From the NCBI GenBank assembly GCA_013239625.1, contig MU054049.1, positions 2,049,892-2,113,891 on the forward strand: DNA of 64,000 nt, read 5' to 3'. This document shows, in pieces, positions 1 through 11,900 of the stretch. How positions within the stretch are numbered: the first letter of the stretch is position 1; each line of letters starts with the position of its first letter. The notes under the pieces were generated by a model. That model was not told the origin of the DNA. It was given only the letters and a program-made list of their open reading frames with translations, and searched no databases. This stretch comes from Lama guanicoe. Taxonomy: Eukaryota. Both the position numbers and the translations under genes were made by a program.

Positions 1-974
1 TTTCTAAGCTCTCATGTGTAACATTAAGAAAAAGAGGAACCTTCTCCACTTTGGCAATGAAAAGTTGGAAACACAGCCAGGACAACGCATTATGCCAATT
101 TCTCCTAATTAATCTCAAGTTTATACATTCTGCTATTTAAAAAAAATCTCCCTTATTTCAAATCAACTGCTTATAAATCTTTCTGTTTGGCAAACTGGGA
201 AAATAAAATTAGAACTCTTCTAAAATGATGTTGTTATAAAAGTAAAATGCTTATAACAACATAAAAAATTCTTTCTGATTATCTGAATTCCACACTGCAA
301 AGTCCAATGTGTTTCCTTTCTTTTCTCTCTCTTAACCCCACAGTCCTCAGAGCTTTCTCCAACTTCTGAACCCCTAGCTGTAAATTATAATCTGTAGGAT
401 CCATTTGGAATTACAATACTGAGTTCTTATAGCATTGACTATTTTATTTACCATGGGTTCTTTCTTTCTATTTCTTTCTCTCCTTTGAAGCTCCTAATGC
501 AATGGACTGATTAGTCACTCGATTGACTAGAACCTAGAAGTAGCTGGTACATGATCCTCACTAATGCTTGGTTCTTTGAGGTGGCACTGGCTCAGTGTCC
601 TCTTCCCTGTAGTCCATTTGCCCAGGATGCTGCAAAAAAATTGTGGGGAGTCCTGCTAGGTCTGGGCCTCCCTAAAGCCAGCAGTCCAAGAGAGGACTAC
701 TTCAGTTTCTGACCCTAAGCACTTTTCTTCCAGTACCACTCAGGCGGTTTGGCCCAAATACACCTCACTCCCACCAAGGATCTATTCATAATTTGTGGAG
801 CCCAGTTCCCTGACTCCATGGGGGCCTCCAAAAGCAAGCCCTGGCCTCTATCCCCTATGACAGTCAGCTCTTTCTTAGTCACTTTCCATATGACCCAGAG
901 ACACACTGGCTGTCAAAGATGGCACTATGGAGCTGAACTATTCACCAGGAAACTCTTAGCTTGATTCTTTACCC

Positions 975-1110
975 GTTTCAGAAGCCTGGGCATCACCTGG
1001 GAGCCTGTTAGAAATGCAGCACCTCAGGCCCATCTCAGATCTATTCATTTAGAATCCGCATTTTTCCCAAGATCCTTGGGAGCTACCTGGGCTCATTAAA
1101 GTTTGAGTAG
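975..1110. mobile_element. MER5-like hAT-Charlie DNA transposon relic
   Basis: gcatcacctgggagcctgttagaaatgcag...ctcaggccc...agaatccgcatttt...aagtttgag resembles the MER5A/B consensus; boundaries approximate. Confidence 0.65.
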
Positions 1111-1929
1111 CTCAGATTAGAGCTCTGGGCCTTAGATCTCCCTGGATACAGTTGACCTCACAAACACTCTGGCATGAAACTCCTCTGGGATTCTCACTGG
1201 TTGACAGTTTTCATCATGTAAAGGTTGCTAGAGGATGACCAGGAAAGGGACAAGAAATCATGGAGCTGAATGAGATGATTTCTAAGGCACCTACTAGGAC
1301 TGTGTGTGCTTCTGAAATGGAAGCAGAGGTGAACTATGACAACAAACAAATCTTGAGTGTGTTGAAAGGAGGTGGTAGAGGTGAGAGTGGTGGGTCTGTG
1401 AAGCTTTATTTATCTGGATTTATCTCTCTTCTCTGCTACTCACAGATTAGGCCATCTTCATGAAGATTAAATGAAATATATCTTGTAAAATGCTGAACGC
1501 ACTGTCTGTTTAATTTTTTATTCAACTACTCTCTTATGTATAGTGTCACTGCCTTTCAGCCAGATACCACCAGGAGCATACTTGCAGTTGAGCAAGTTAA
1601 GTTTATTTATCATTGCATCCAGGGAGAAGGCACACTATAGAAGCCATGGGGGTATCTCAAGAAGAGGGCGTTGGAAAGGAATTACTGTAGGATTTGGATT
1701 TGTGTTAGGTGGTTTGGCATTGAATATCCTTAGAGATGTATTTTCCACATTGTTGGAAGTACATCTTCTAGGTAAATTCCTTGAATTGGGATTGCTGGGT
1801 CAAAAAGTACAGATACAGTTTTGCTGGATACTGTTGGATACTGCCAAGGTGTCCTTCAAAAGAATGATCTTCTCTTTGGGTTGCATTCCCATCAATAAAG
1901 TATGAGAATGTCTTTCTCCAACAGTTTTC

Positions 1930-2740
1930 TTTACAGGATGTGCTGTCACACTTTAAAAATTTTGCCACTCAGATAGGTGAGAAATAATATGTGTGCTCTT
2001 GTTGTTTTTTTAATTGAAGTATAGTTGATTTACAATATTGTGTTAGTTTCAGGCATACAGCAAAGCGATTCAGTTATTTTTTCAGATTATATTCCATTAT
2101 AGGTTATTACAAGAGATTGAATATAATTTCCTGTTCTATACGGTGCATTGTTTTAAAGTGCTTTTCTTTAATAAATAATTGGACATTTTCATACATTAGG
2201 GGCCATTTTTCTTTCCTCGTTTCTATTTTTACTATTGAGTCTTTGATACTTTGTCACTTAATCTTTAAATGTTCCTTATATATTAGGGATGTTAGCCATT
2301 TGTCTGTGATGTGTATTGCAAACATTTTCTCCTCGTTTGTCAATGTCTTTTGACCTTGTTTATGATTTATTTTTATCCTGAAAAATGTATTATTTTATGC
2401 CTTTGAATTTATCAGTTGTTTCTTTTGTGGTCTCTGGTTTTCAAATCATTGTTAGGCTTTCCCTACACGAAGGTTGTAGAGGAAGTCATTCATGTTTTCT
2501 GCTAGTATTCGTACGGTTTCACTATTAACATTTAAATCTCTAATCCAGTTGGAGTTTATGTTTATGGAAAGTGTTAAGTATTATTCTGCTTTTATCATTT
2601 TCCAAACGGCTGCCCAGTTGTTCTAGCTTCATTTTTTAAAAAAGTCCATTTATGCTCCAGTGGCTTCAGATGTCACCTTTGTCAATACACTGTTTCCAAA
2701 AGTGCGTGGGACTATTTTAGGGCTTTCTATTCTACTTTTC
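1930..2740 (-). mobile_element. Old L1M fragment (antisense) with a nested younger L1 3' end at about 2003-2142
   Basis: Antisense L1 text (tgtattgcaaacattttctcc, ttatcagttgtttcttttgtgg, catttaaatctctaatcca), interrupted by ttttttttaattgaagtatagttgatttacaatattgtgttagtttcagg, a typical artiodactyl L1 3' terminus. Confidence 0.7.
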
Positions 2741-3168
2741 AGGGAAGAGTATGCATCTTTTCTAGTAAAGTCTTGTTGGAGGTTCTATTATTGAGAAATA
2801 AACTGAGATAAATATGTGGAAGTATTATTTAATGTCATACAGAATCGAAAATCTAAAGCCTTGCAGCACACTTAAAATTCCCACTCTTATAACTGCTTAA
2901 AAGATTGTGAACTTGTCCAAAGGTGCATGAATCGAATTTTAATATACTATATGACAGGTAGATTCGTCTGAATTCTCGGGCATGGTTATGGCAGTGCAAG
3001 AACTCTTTAACATGAATAAACTCACTACAAAGCATGACTCAGAAACATTTGAAAAGGTCTATAAAAGAAGTACCAGTAAAGAGAGTAAGACTGAACAGAC
3101 AGGAAGGGGAGTTCAAGACAACACCCTCCCAGGGGGGCAGGAAAGGCTCAGTCAAGAACACAGTGGTC

Positions 3169-3326
3169 GGGGGAGGGTGTAGCTCAGTGGTAGAGTGTGT
3201 GCTTGGCACACATGAGGTGCCGGGTTCAATCCCCACTACCTCCATCAAATAATAAATAGGTAAACAAGCAAAGCTAATTACTTACCCCCCAAAATAAATA
3301 AATAAATTTAAAAGTTAAAAAAGAAA
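3169..3326 (+). mobile_element. tRNA-derived SINE (camelid vic-1-like)
   Basis: Head GGGGGAGGGTGTAGCTCAGTGGTAGAG (A box) ... GGGTTCAATCCC (B box), A-rich tail; 15-bp TSD aagaacacagtggtc (3154-3168) / aagaacatagtggtc (3327-3341). Confidence 0.92.
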
Positions 3327-4619
3327 AAGAACATAGTGGTCACTGACCTTGGGCAAAAGGGGGGAATGATTTTTCTAGAGACTGGAAGAAAAGGGGCTGA
3401 GGGAGCATGTAGGCAGCTGTTTTTCTTTACCTAGCATCCCTTCTTCTTGCTTTTGGTAGCAGTCTTGAATTTTTTTGTTTGGGGACCATTTCTGTTCTTT
3501 CTATGTGGTCCTGGTAGAAGAGCCAACTAGAAGAGTGAGAATATGACCTAAGGGGAGCCAGTCAGATTCTATTTATCACAGGAATACAAACTTCAGAGGA
3601 GAAACACCAGAAGGGAAATGACTGGAAATGAGTTGTTCTGATGGCAGTGGCTTAAAGGAGACTGTCCTGAATTCCTCTGCTTTATGCCCTTCTCAAAACC
3701 ACGTTCCACTTGGCTTTCCTTAACCTCTGCGAGCCCTGCAATGTCTTTCCCTCTAATTTTGTATTGTTTGAGTTTGCCAGTCAAATTCGTTGTGCATAAA
3801 TAAAGAACTGTACAAAATACAGAAGGTGTAGACACAGAAACATTTTCAGTTGAGGTGAGAAGTGGAAGTCTGTTTTCTCTGGCAGAGGCGAGTAGGGTAG
3901 ATTGTTTGAACAATGTGTTAAAGTTACGGGAGGGAGATAATCAAGGATAAGCATATAGATCAAGTGTAAGGGAAAGGACGGCCAATCAGTGCTGAGGGTC
4001 CAGCTGTTTGTAGAATATGAAAGTGCAGTGACTTCCTTCACTACGTAAGTGCAGGAAAGGAGAAAGGGTATCAAAGCTAGGAGCTAGCAGACACCACATG
4101 TCAGAAACTTAAGGTGAGGAAATTAAAGGGTTGTCAAGAGAAACTGAAGACTAATATCATGGGCTCTAGGCAGAACAGGCAAAGAAATAGAGCTAAGAGG
4201 GTGAAATGGGGATGAGGGGCACTGAGAGACTGAGGCTGGGGTTAGTTAGTCACAGACTAGGGAATAAGAGAAAGACCTGAAAGTTTACGAGGCTGCTCTA
4301 TCGCAGACCAGATTTAGAAGTCAGAAAGTTTCAGCTGATAAAGTCCCGGGTGTGGGTAATCCAGGGACTTTGAGAATTGGGATGTAGATTAAGGTTATAA
4401 AGGCACATTGAGGCCAGGGTCAGCCACATGGCCACTGAAGTCACCCATGATGATGTTAGATGAGACGTGTTTGGTAACTGGCTCACCTCAATTTTGCCAA
4501 CTAAATTCTAAAGTGGTTTTATTTATTTAAAAATTTTTTTTAAATGAATGTAGGGGAATGGCCAGGAGGTTGGTAGATTGCAACTGAAAATGAAGTTCCC
4601 TTAAGAAACTAAGACTAGC

Positions 4620-4840
4620 TATAGTGTGACATAGTGCCTAATGATGCGTGTTCCTGGCTCTGTTTCTTCACTGGTTGTCTAACTCCAAGTAAGTTACTTA
4701 ACCTCCCTGTGTCTCGGTCTCCTCAATATAACATAGGGATAACGGCACTTACCTCACAGGGTCATTGCAAGAATTAAATAAATTAATATGTATAAGGTGT
4801 TTGGTAAATAATGAACACGTCATAAATGTTAGCTATTATT
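4620..4840. mobile_element. MIR SINE relic
   Basis: aagttacttaacctccctgtgtctcggtctcctcaatataacatagggataac...acctcacagggtcattgcaagaattaaat matches the MIR core. Confidence 0.75.
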
Positions 4841-5822
4841 TTTAAAGGGGAGACATATATAAATGAATTACAATACAGTGTGAAATGAAACTTTATGATG
4901 AATATTTGTGCAAACATAAAGAAAATAATTGAGGAGAGGCACTTAAAACTATCCTTCAGATAATCAGTAAAGTCTTCACTGAAAAGACAGTGGCAAAAAC
5001 AAAAGAAAGCCTAAGGGTTTGATAAAACAAAGGGCATAGGGGATTGGCAAGATCTGTGTTTCATGCTCACAGTATGGTAGGCATCGTGCTGTTTTACAAA
5101 TATCACATTGAATAGCACGTTCCTGCAACACACTTAACTTCCTTTTACTGAGGAGGAAAACAGCAATTAAATACCTTGCCCATGGGCACATAGAAATGGA
5201 AAGAAATTGGCTCTTCATTTTAAAAAGTAATTTGGTCTGGCACAAGAGGGACTCTACAGAGGGTACTTCAAAGGTGTGAGGTAGAATGGATGATGACTGA
5301 GCGATCGTGGGGAGCTGGGAAAGTTGAGGATGGATTCGCAGGCAGGGATCAGATCATAAAGGATTTTTGCCTGTCATGTGAGAAGTTTGCACTTGAATAA
5401 GCGAACCCTACACAGTGAGCTGAAACCGAGCTTTCATTAAAAGCATGACGATGGCCAGATGGATGGGCCATTCTCCAGTAATTCTGGGCGCCTGCTACAG
5501 TAGGCGGAGATGCAGCAATGAAAAGGCGCAGCAGCAGAGAGCTTTTCCTCCACTCACATGACCGGATGTTCAAAGGCTGGTTGTTCCACAGGTCCTCGTG
5601 GGCTCCTCTCTCTACAAGCGACGGGGGGCGTTGAGCTGTGGGGTCTAATCACGCGCCGCCACCTGGGCCCTTAGGCTGAAGTGCAACCTGGCGGCCCAGC
5701 CCTTCAGCGCCCCCTGGCGTCGGCGCGCTGCCTTCCTCCAGCTCCGCCGACCGCAGCCCGGCGCAGGCCTCTTAACTCGGGTCCGCCTGGCGGCCGCAGC
5801 TTCCTTCCGGCAGCGCCCCACG

Positions 5823-5881
5823 TCCGGTCACGTGAGGAACAGGTCACGTGCGCTCCGGTCACCTGAGGCTCGGTCACGTGC
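5823..5881 (+). promoter_or_regulatory. Tandem array of four GGTCAC(G/C)TG E-box/CLEAR-like sites
   Basis: GTCACGTGA 5827, GTCACGTGC 5843, GTCACCTGA 5858, GTCACGTGC 5873; the CLEAR/USF consensus is GTCACGTGAC. Confidence 0.8.
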
Positions 5882-5977
5882 CAGGGCCACACCGCCTGCG
5901 GCTCGGCTTCCGGAGACCTGCGGGGCTCAGCGGGGGCGGTCGTGCGGCCCCGGAGCTCAGCAAGCTGCACGGCCGGG

Positions 5978-5980
5978 ATG
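5978..5980 (+). CDS. WASHC2: WASHC2 coding exon 1 (ATG only)
   Basis: gggATG|gtgagg donor; supplies the first M of the MMN- N-terminus. Confidence 0.8.
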
Positions 5981-8900
5981 GTGAGGGCGGCGGGCGGCGG
6001 GCCGGGGCAGGGCTGGGCCCGGGCTGCCGCCTCCCCGAAGCTCAACCCCCCTTTTCGTCCTTCCCGCTGCAGATGAACGGGACCACCCCCGACCAGGAGC
6101 GGGCGCCGGCGTCCGAGCCCGTGTGGGAGCGGCCCTGGTCGGTGGAGGAGATCCGCAGGAGCAGCCAGAGCTGGTCGCTGGCGGCGGACGCGGGCGTGAG
6201 AGGCGGGCCCCAGGGACCAGAGGGGAGGGCGGGCCGCCTGGGAGGATGCGCGGTCTGCGAGCGGGAGGACCGAAGCCCCCATTCCCTGTCCACCCAGTCG
6301 GCCTTGCTGCCTCTCACCGACTTCGTAACACTTCCCTTCCCGCTTTTGACAGCTGCCTGGTGGCAGCCCACAGGCATCTGGGCGGAAGCAAGTCGTTTGG
6401 CCATAACCCTCTGAGTGCTCCTGCTCGGACTGCGGCCCGGACGCGGGGTTCTCTTCTCTGTTTGGGTTTTCTAGGCTTGCATCCAACTCCGTCCTGAGCG
6501 GGTCAGATCGGCTTCCACCACGCCGCAGGCTTCCTATGGCACTGGTTAGGGGATTCCATGTTGGGACCTGGACTGAGTAGGGCGTTGGACAAACCAGTAT
6601 ATGGATATCCTTGAGTGAGACTCTACGCCCGGGCCCCTATAAGCTCAGAACTGTGATTCCAAAGTCCCATTTGAATAAGATTTTTGGATAAGAGTAGTGG
6701 TTTGTTATTTTGCTCTTCAGTTGTGATCCCTGTAGAATGACAACCAAACAGGACTTTAAAATTCTTCCAGAAACGAGATGGCAAGTGTCCATTGATTCAT
6801 TGCCACCGTTTGGATGAGCTTTCTTAACCTTTTTCAATGTTGTTTGGTCTTAGTCCTGTCAAAAGCAGCATTCCATTTACATTCCAGCGCGCGCGCACAG
6901 GAAAGAGAATGGGTTCTTTTCTGTTTTGACAAGCAGAATAGATGCGTATAATACTGATACTTCTGTGTGCTTATTTTTTAAATAGCTACTACAGTTTCTA
7001 CAGGAATTCTCACAGCAGACTATCTCTAGGACCCATGAAATCAAGAAACAAGTGGATGGACTAATTCGGGAAACTAAAGCCACAGATTGTCGTCTGCATA
7101 ATGTCTTCAATGACTTCCTTATGCTGTCTAATACCCAGTTCATTGAGAACGTGAGTTACTTAGTTACATCAGACTTTCATAAATAACTAGTACTTTTAGG
7201 AGGCGCTAGAATCATTGTGATACTAAGTGACCTATTACTAGGTTCTTTTACTATATTTTGGTGGAGGTAGTGGTTTTTGGTAATTGCTGCCCCTCCCCCA
7301 CACTTCTTTAATTAGTGAAGTTTTTTTGCAAGCCTTTGAAAAAACCTAATGATAAAATTTCCTCATATTCCAGCCTTTTGATCGATTTTCAGTTTCGAGA
7401 GGAGTCAGTAGTTGTGCTAAATTGATTGGCACTCAAACAAGCCCTGTTAGGGGCGTGCTCTGTAGGGAGAGCCACACACCCCGTCTGATCCTCTGCGCAC
7501 CAGCGTGTGGTGACAGTTATGATTATATCCAGTATGGTTTAAGTTACATTAAGGGCACAGTGTGTGTCTATTTGGAATATCTCACCTATCATTTTGTTGC
7601 AGTGGCTGAACCTGTGTTACAGAATCAACTGTAAACAGATTACTGAGCTTTAACCCATGTGTGATTCTGTCTATATATTTACTGAGTTTCTAAGTGCTAG
7701 GTTCTAGGAATATACAGATGAATTTGACAGAGCCCCTTGCGTTTGAAGATCACACGCAATCTTTCAGAAGAGTGTAATTCCAGAGTTGAAAGGAAGCAAG
7801 TGTGGTGTGAGCCTGATGAGTGAAGCTGAGGATGGAGAGGAAGCTTAGTTGAGCTGATCTTTATTTCTCAGAGGGTGGCTCACTTTCTGAGTATCAGCAT
7901 TAATTCATCTGTGGAAAGAGGCTTATTAAAGTCGACTGTCTCCTGAGATTGATACATGCAAAGTAATAGAAGGGATTTTGAAAATTGCAATATTATAAAA
8001 AGCCCGAGATTCAGGATTGTTGAGAGGAGACCAAATATTTTCATGCAGGTATCTTATGCAGCACGTGTGTACATTTTCAATAGTTGAGGTTGAAATGCCA
8101 CCTCTAGGCTTTTTGGGGAAGCTGTATGTGAAATAAAGATCTTAATAAAGGTCTTAAATCTGTCTTTGCCAATGTATTTAAAGATATTCTAGTGAAATCT
8201 GTAGGCATTTTCTGGTCATCTACGCAGAACATCCATGCTTGGGCCTGAGCATCTTTCCCACTGGAAGAGACAGTTGGCAGGGCTCCCATCTCTGCTGATG
8301 AATGCAGCTCCAGCACTTTTTTCATCATGCTGAATTCTGGGTCCTTTTAAATATCCTTGCTGTTCTCATTCTGTACCTTTCTTGCTGAATCAGGAGCTTA
8401 ACTCTTCTCTACAGTCAGTATTGCAACCCTCGACTGGGCAGGGAATAAAATTGGGAGGCTTCTTTTGTACCTGAGGTGCCTGTACCACATTGATACTGGA
8501 TTGGTACCCGATTGATACTTTGGGGGTGAGGAGCATCATAAACATCTTTTTCTGAATTATAGCCTTCGGGTCGTCTGTGTTCTCCAGCTCTTCTTTTCTG
8601 GCCAAGTTTTCTTAGATTCTGAGTTTTCCGTAATCTAGTTTCTGTGTGTGTGTGTGTAATCTTTATTTCTGTTCACTTCTTGGATTCCCTGCCTTCCATC
8701 CATCTCTCCATCTCCTTAGTCCTTATGCCTCTTCCCTTTCCATTCTGCAGCCAAATTTCCCCTCTAGATAAGCCTATTGGCACTGCCAAGTTTAACTCTT
8801 TCCCAGAGAACTTCCTATAATGCCACCTGTTACGTGTTCTTTCCATTTATGGTAGAGCATGACGGTGTAAAGAGCATGGCTATGGCTTAATAAAACACAC

Positions 8901-11900
8901 AAAAAAAATCTACATGCTGATAATATTGGGCTATGATTGGCTTCTCATGTGTTTTTTTCAAACCCTGACATTGGTACTCATGTGTTAGAATTTTGGCTTG
9001 ATTGATGGTGCCTTTTGGTTTCATGGTAGTTTATTGGAAAGATATTTAAAGTTGAGTAGGTTTCTGGGTTTTAGCAATTGACCTCAGAGGCAGCTCCCAT
9101 GTTGTGAACTGCATTACAGAGTTAGTGAAACTGAACAGTAATCAGCACTTTCTAGGGCAAGAGATGTTAGTACCTTTAGTAAAGGCTCAAGGAGGAGAAA
9201 CACTAATTAACGGTGGCCAGTGCATCAGTGTGTTATCAGAAGGGAATACAATTCTTAAAGCTTCATTAATCTGTTAATTTAGGAGTTTTTGTCCTGAAGC
9301 ATTAAGTGACCTAGTTAACGACTTCTTTAGTAACACTTCCTAAAATTGTAATTTTATATTTATTGATATGATTTGATGTCTCAAACTCGCCTGCTAAGTC
9401 AAGCCCCATGTTTTTGCTAAATGTTGTTATTCCTTGGGCCCAGCATAAGGCTGATATATCAGAACTCAGTGAATATTTGAATGAATGAGTGAGAGAACAC
9501 GTTAAGTGAAAGAGACCAGGGCTGTGTGTAATCTGTTAAGAAAGCTCAGCCCCTGGTCCCCCTTTCTTCAGTTTCCCACCTTCACCTCTTACCTTGTCTC
9601 CGCAAGTGAGGAAAAGATGCTCTGAAGGGAAACACCAAATATATTTAACAACTCTGGGAATTGTTACTGATTTTAAAATGATCAAAACACCCATGAAGCT
9701 GTGAGTTCCGCCTGGTCAGGGTGAAGGAAGTTAGCACTGATTATCTGCTGTGTACTGAGTATTTGAGATGCCACCCTGGGAACCATGGGTTTCATGTATC
9801 TGCTGGTTGGTTTCTTAGGTGTCCTGTTTGGCTTTTTGCAGGCTGTTGATTTTTTGGGAGGTAGTTTTTAATGACAGGCGGGAGAAGAAGTAGGCTGTTG
9901 GTGCTGTTCAGACCTCAGTGTAAAGTGTACTCTTTTAGATTAAATGGTCTTGCTGTTTAAAATCTAAAGTGACTTTAGTAGCTGCCATATTGAGAATTTT
10001 AAGATTTATTTACTTTTTTCCCCCTCCCTTTGAATATTACTCCCCAAATTTCTGGTCTTTATAGAGCTTTTTTTTTTTTAATATGGAAAAAGAAGAAGCG
10101 TCTGAAATTTCAGATGCTCAAGGAGACCCTTTCAGCGTTTTGACGTGTGTATTTCAAGTCCATTTCCCATGCAGACGTTGGGCTTTAAGGCTTTTCCTTT
10201 CTTGTTAAAAAAGTAATGAACACTCATTGTAGGGGAGATTGACACATATAAAAAGTATTAAAGTGAAAAAATTAAAACTGCAAAAAAATCAACTGTAATT
10301 CCACCACCCCAAATCAACCAACCACTGAACATTTTGGCATATTTCTTTCTAATCTTTTTTTAAATATAATTTTAATCTTTTCTATATGTATATATTTGCA
10401 GCCTGAATTTTTCTTAATGTTAACATATTATTTAATAAGCATTTTAACACATATAGGAGATTTTGTGAACTTAATTTATATTGCTTTTATTTCATTATGT
10501 GACTGTATCTTCATTTATTTAACAATGCCCTAGTATCAAATTTTTAAATGAAATATTTCATATATCTAGAAAGGAACAGATACTAACCACAAATGCTAAA
10601 AATATACACCACCTTGCGTTAACAGATACTAATGTTTTGCCAACTTTGCTACAAAGGTACCAACTCCCATTTTTTTCTTTACCTCTAAATATTTTGAGTG
10701 CAGGCTGCTTTGTATCTCTGCCTTTTTACTGTTCTTACCTGGAGAGCATGTATATGTATCTGTGTGGGTTTATATAGGTGCATATATGTGTAGTTTGCGG
10801 TAAGGATTTTTTCATTTGTTATTTTCCATATGGGTAACCTTTATTGTATAGTTCTTTCCCTCACTGACTTATGTGTATGAATGCATGTGTGTGTACATGT
10901 GTGTCTTTGTGAATATAAAGTCATACTAAAGTATAATTGTAGCTCTGTGTCTTGCCTCTGTCTTTAATTATATTTACCTGCTGTATACCAACAACACAGT
11001 CTTAAATACCAGAGATCTCAGATAGTCTTAGTAGGGCAAGTTCCCATGACTTCTTTTTATTCAGGGTTGTCATGGTTAGCCTTGGCTTTTTACTCTCCTC
11101 TGTGAATTTCAGGATTATCTTACTGAATGCCACAGAAAAGTCTACTAGCATTTTCATTGAAATTGCCTAGAATTACAAATTTGGCGTTTGTGGTTTTCCA
11201 CTATAATTCTGATGCCATGAGCATCTTATTGTTTGTATTTATGATTTTTTCTTGGAACAAAATTTTGAGAAGTAGAATTCTTGAGTTAGAAGATACGAAC
11301 ATTGAAAAACGACATTATCTGATCAGACTGGCAGATATTTTAAGAAGGTGGACAGCATCCACTGCTGTCGATGGTCTGGGAAGTGGGCACTTTCGTATGT
11401 TGTGGTGACCCTGTGACTTGTTCCACATTTGTGGCCAATACTCTGGAAGTAGCTATTAAGATTAAAAAACAGTTTTGTCCTTTGACTTGGCAGTCCTATT
11501 TTTGGGAAGCCTATAGGAATAAAAGGTCCAGGGCCTAAGAATTTAGTATGTGTGCATATGCGTAGCATGGTCTGTTTACAACAGCAAAAACTGGAAACCT
11601 ACTTTATGTTCCCTAAGAGGGAGTTGTCAAATTAATTATGGTCAAATTCATACCATAAAATACCGTGCAGATATTCAAAAGATCGAGTCAAATCTATATG
11701 CATTGAACTAGAAGGTGGTTTATATGAATATCAAGTAGAAAAAGTGGGGCAGAGGAATGTGTATAGTGTGAGATTGGAGGTAAGGTTGGAACAATTTTTA
11801 AATACATCTCTTTTACATACATCTTTTTTACTGACTTTTCAATTTTAATTGAGGTATGAATCACATCCCATAAAAATCACCCTTTTAGAGAGTGTGCAAG

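Larger units (their letters stand above)
5600..6530 (+). promoter_or_regulatory. WASHC2: CpG-island promoter of WASHC2, spanning exons 1-2
   Basis: Sharp rise in GC and CpG density around the start codon; no TATA box seen; ETS-like cttccgg sites near 5804 and 5907. Confidence 0.9.

Noticed and set aside
3169..3243. tRNA-like sequence with A and B boxes (also at seven other sites)
   Set aside because: These are SINE heads: the copies are diverged, followed by A-rich tails and flanked by TSDs, so they are not tRNA genes.
1..5500. Possible upstream neighbouring gene
   Set aside because: No ORF or exon here resembles a protein I recognise, and much of the region is repeat-derived.
5823..5881. 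Regularly spaced short repeats superficially like a CRISPR or iteron array
   Set aside because: Eukaryotic promoter context, 9-10 bp units with 5-6 bp spacers and no cas genes; better explained as transcription-factor sites.
5704..6497. Long ORFs over the first CpG island (260 aa minus; 188 and 124 aa plus)
   Set aside because: Stops are scarce in GC-rich DNA and the products are low-complexity (A/R/G/P). Only 6073-6195 matches a known protein (WASHC2 exon 2).
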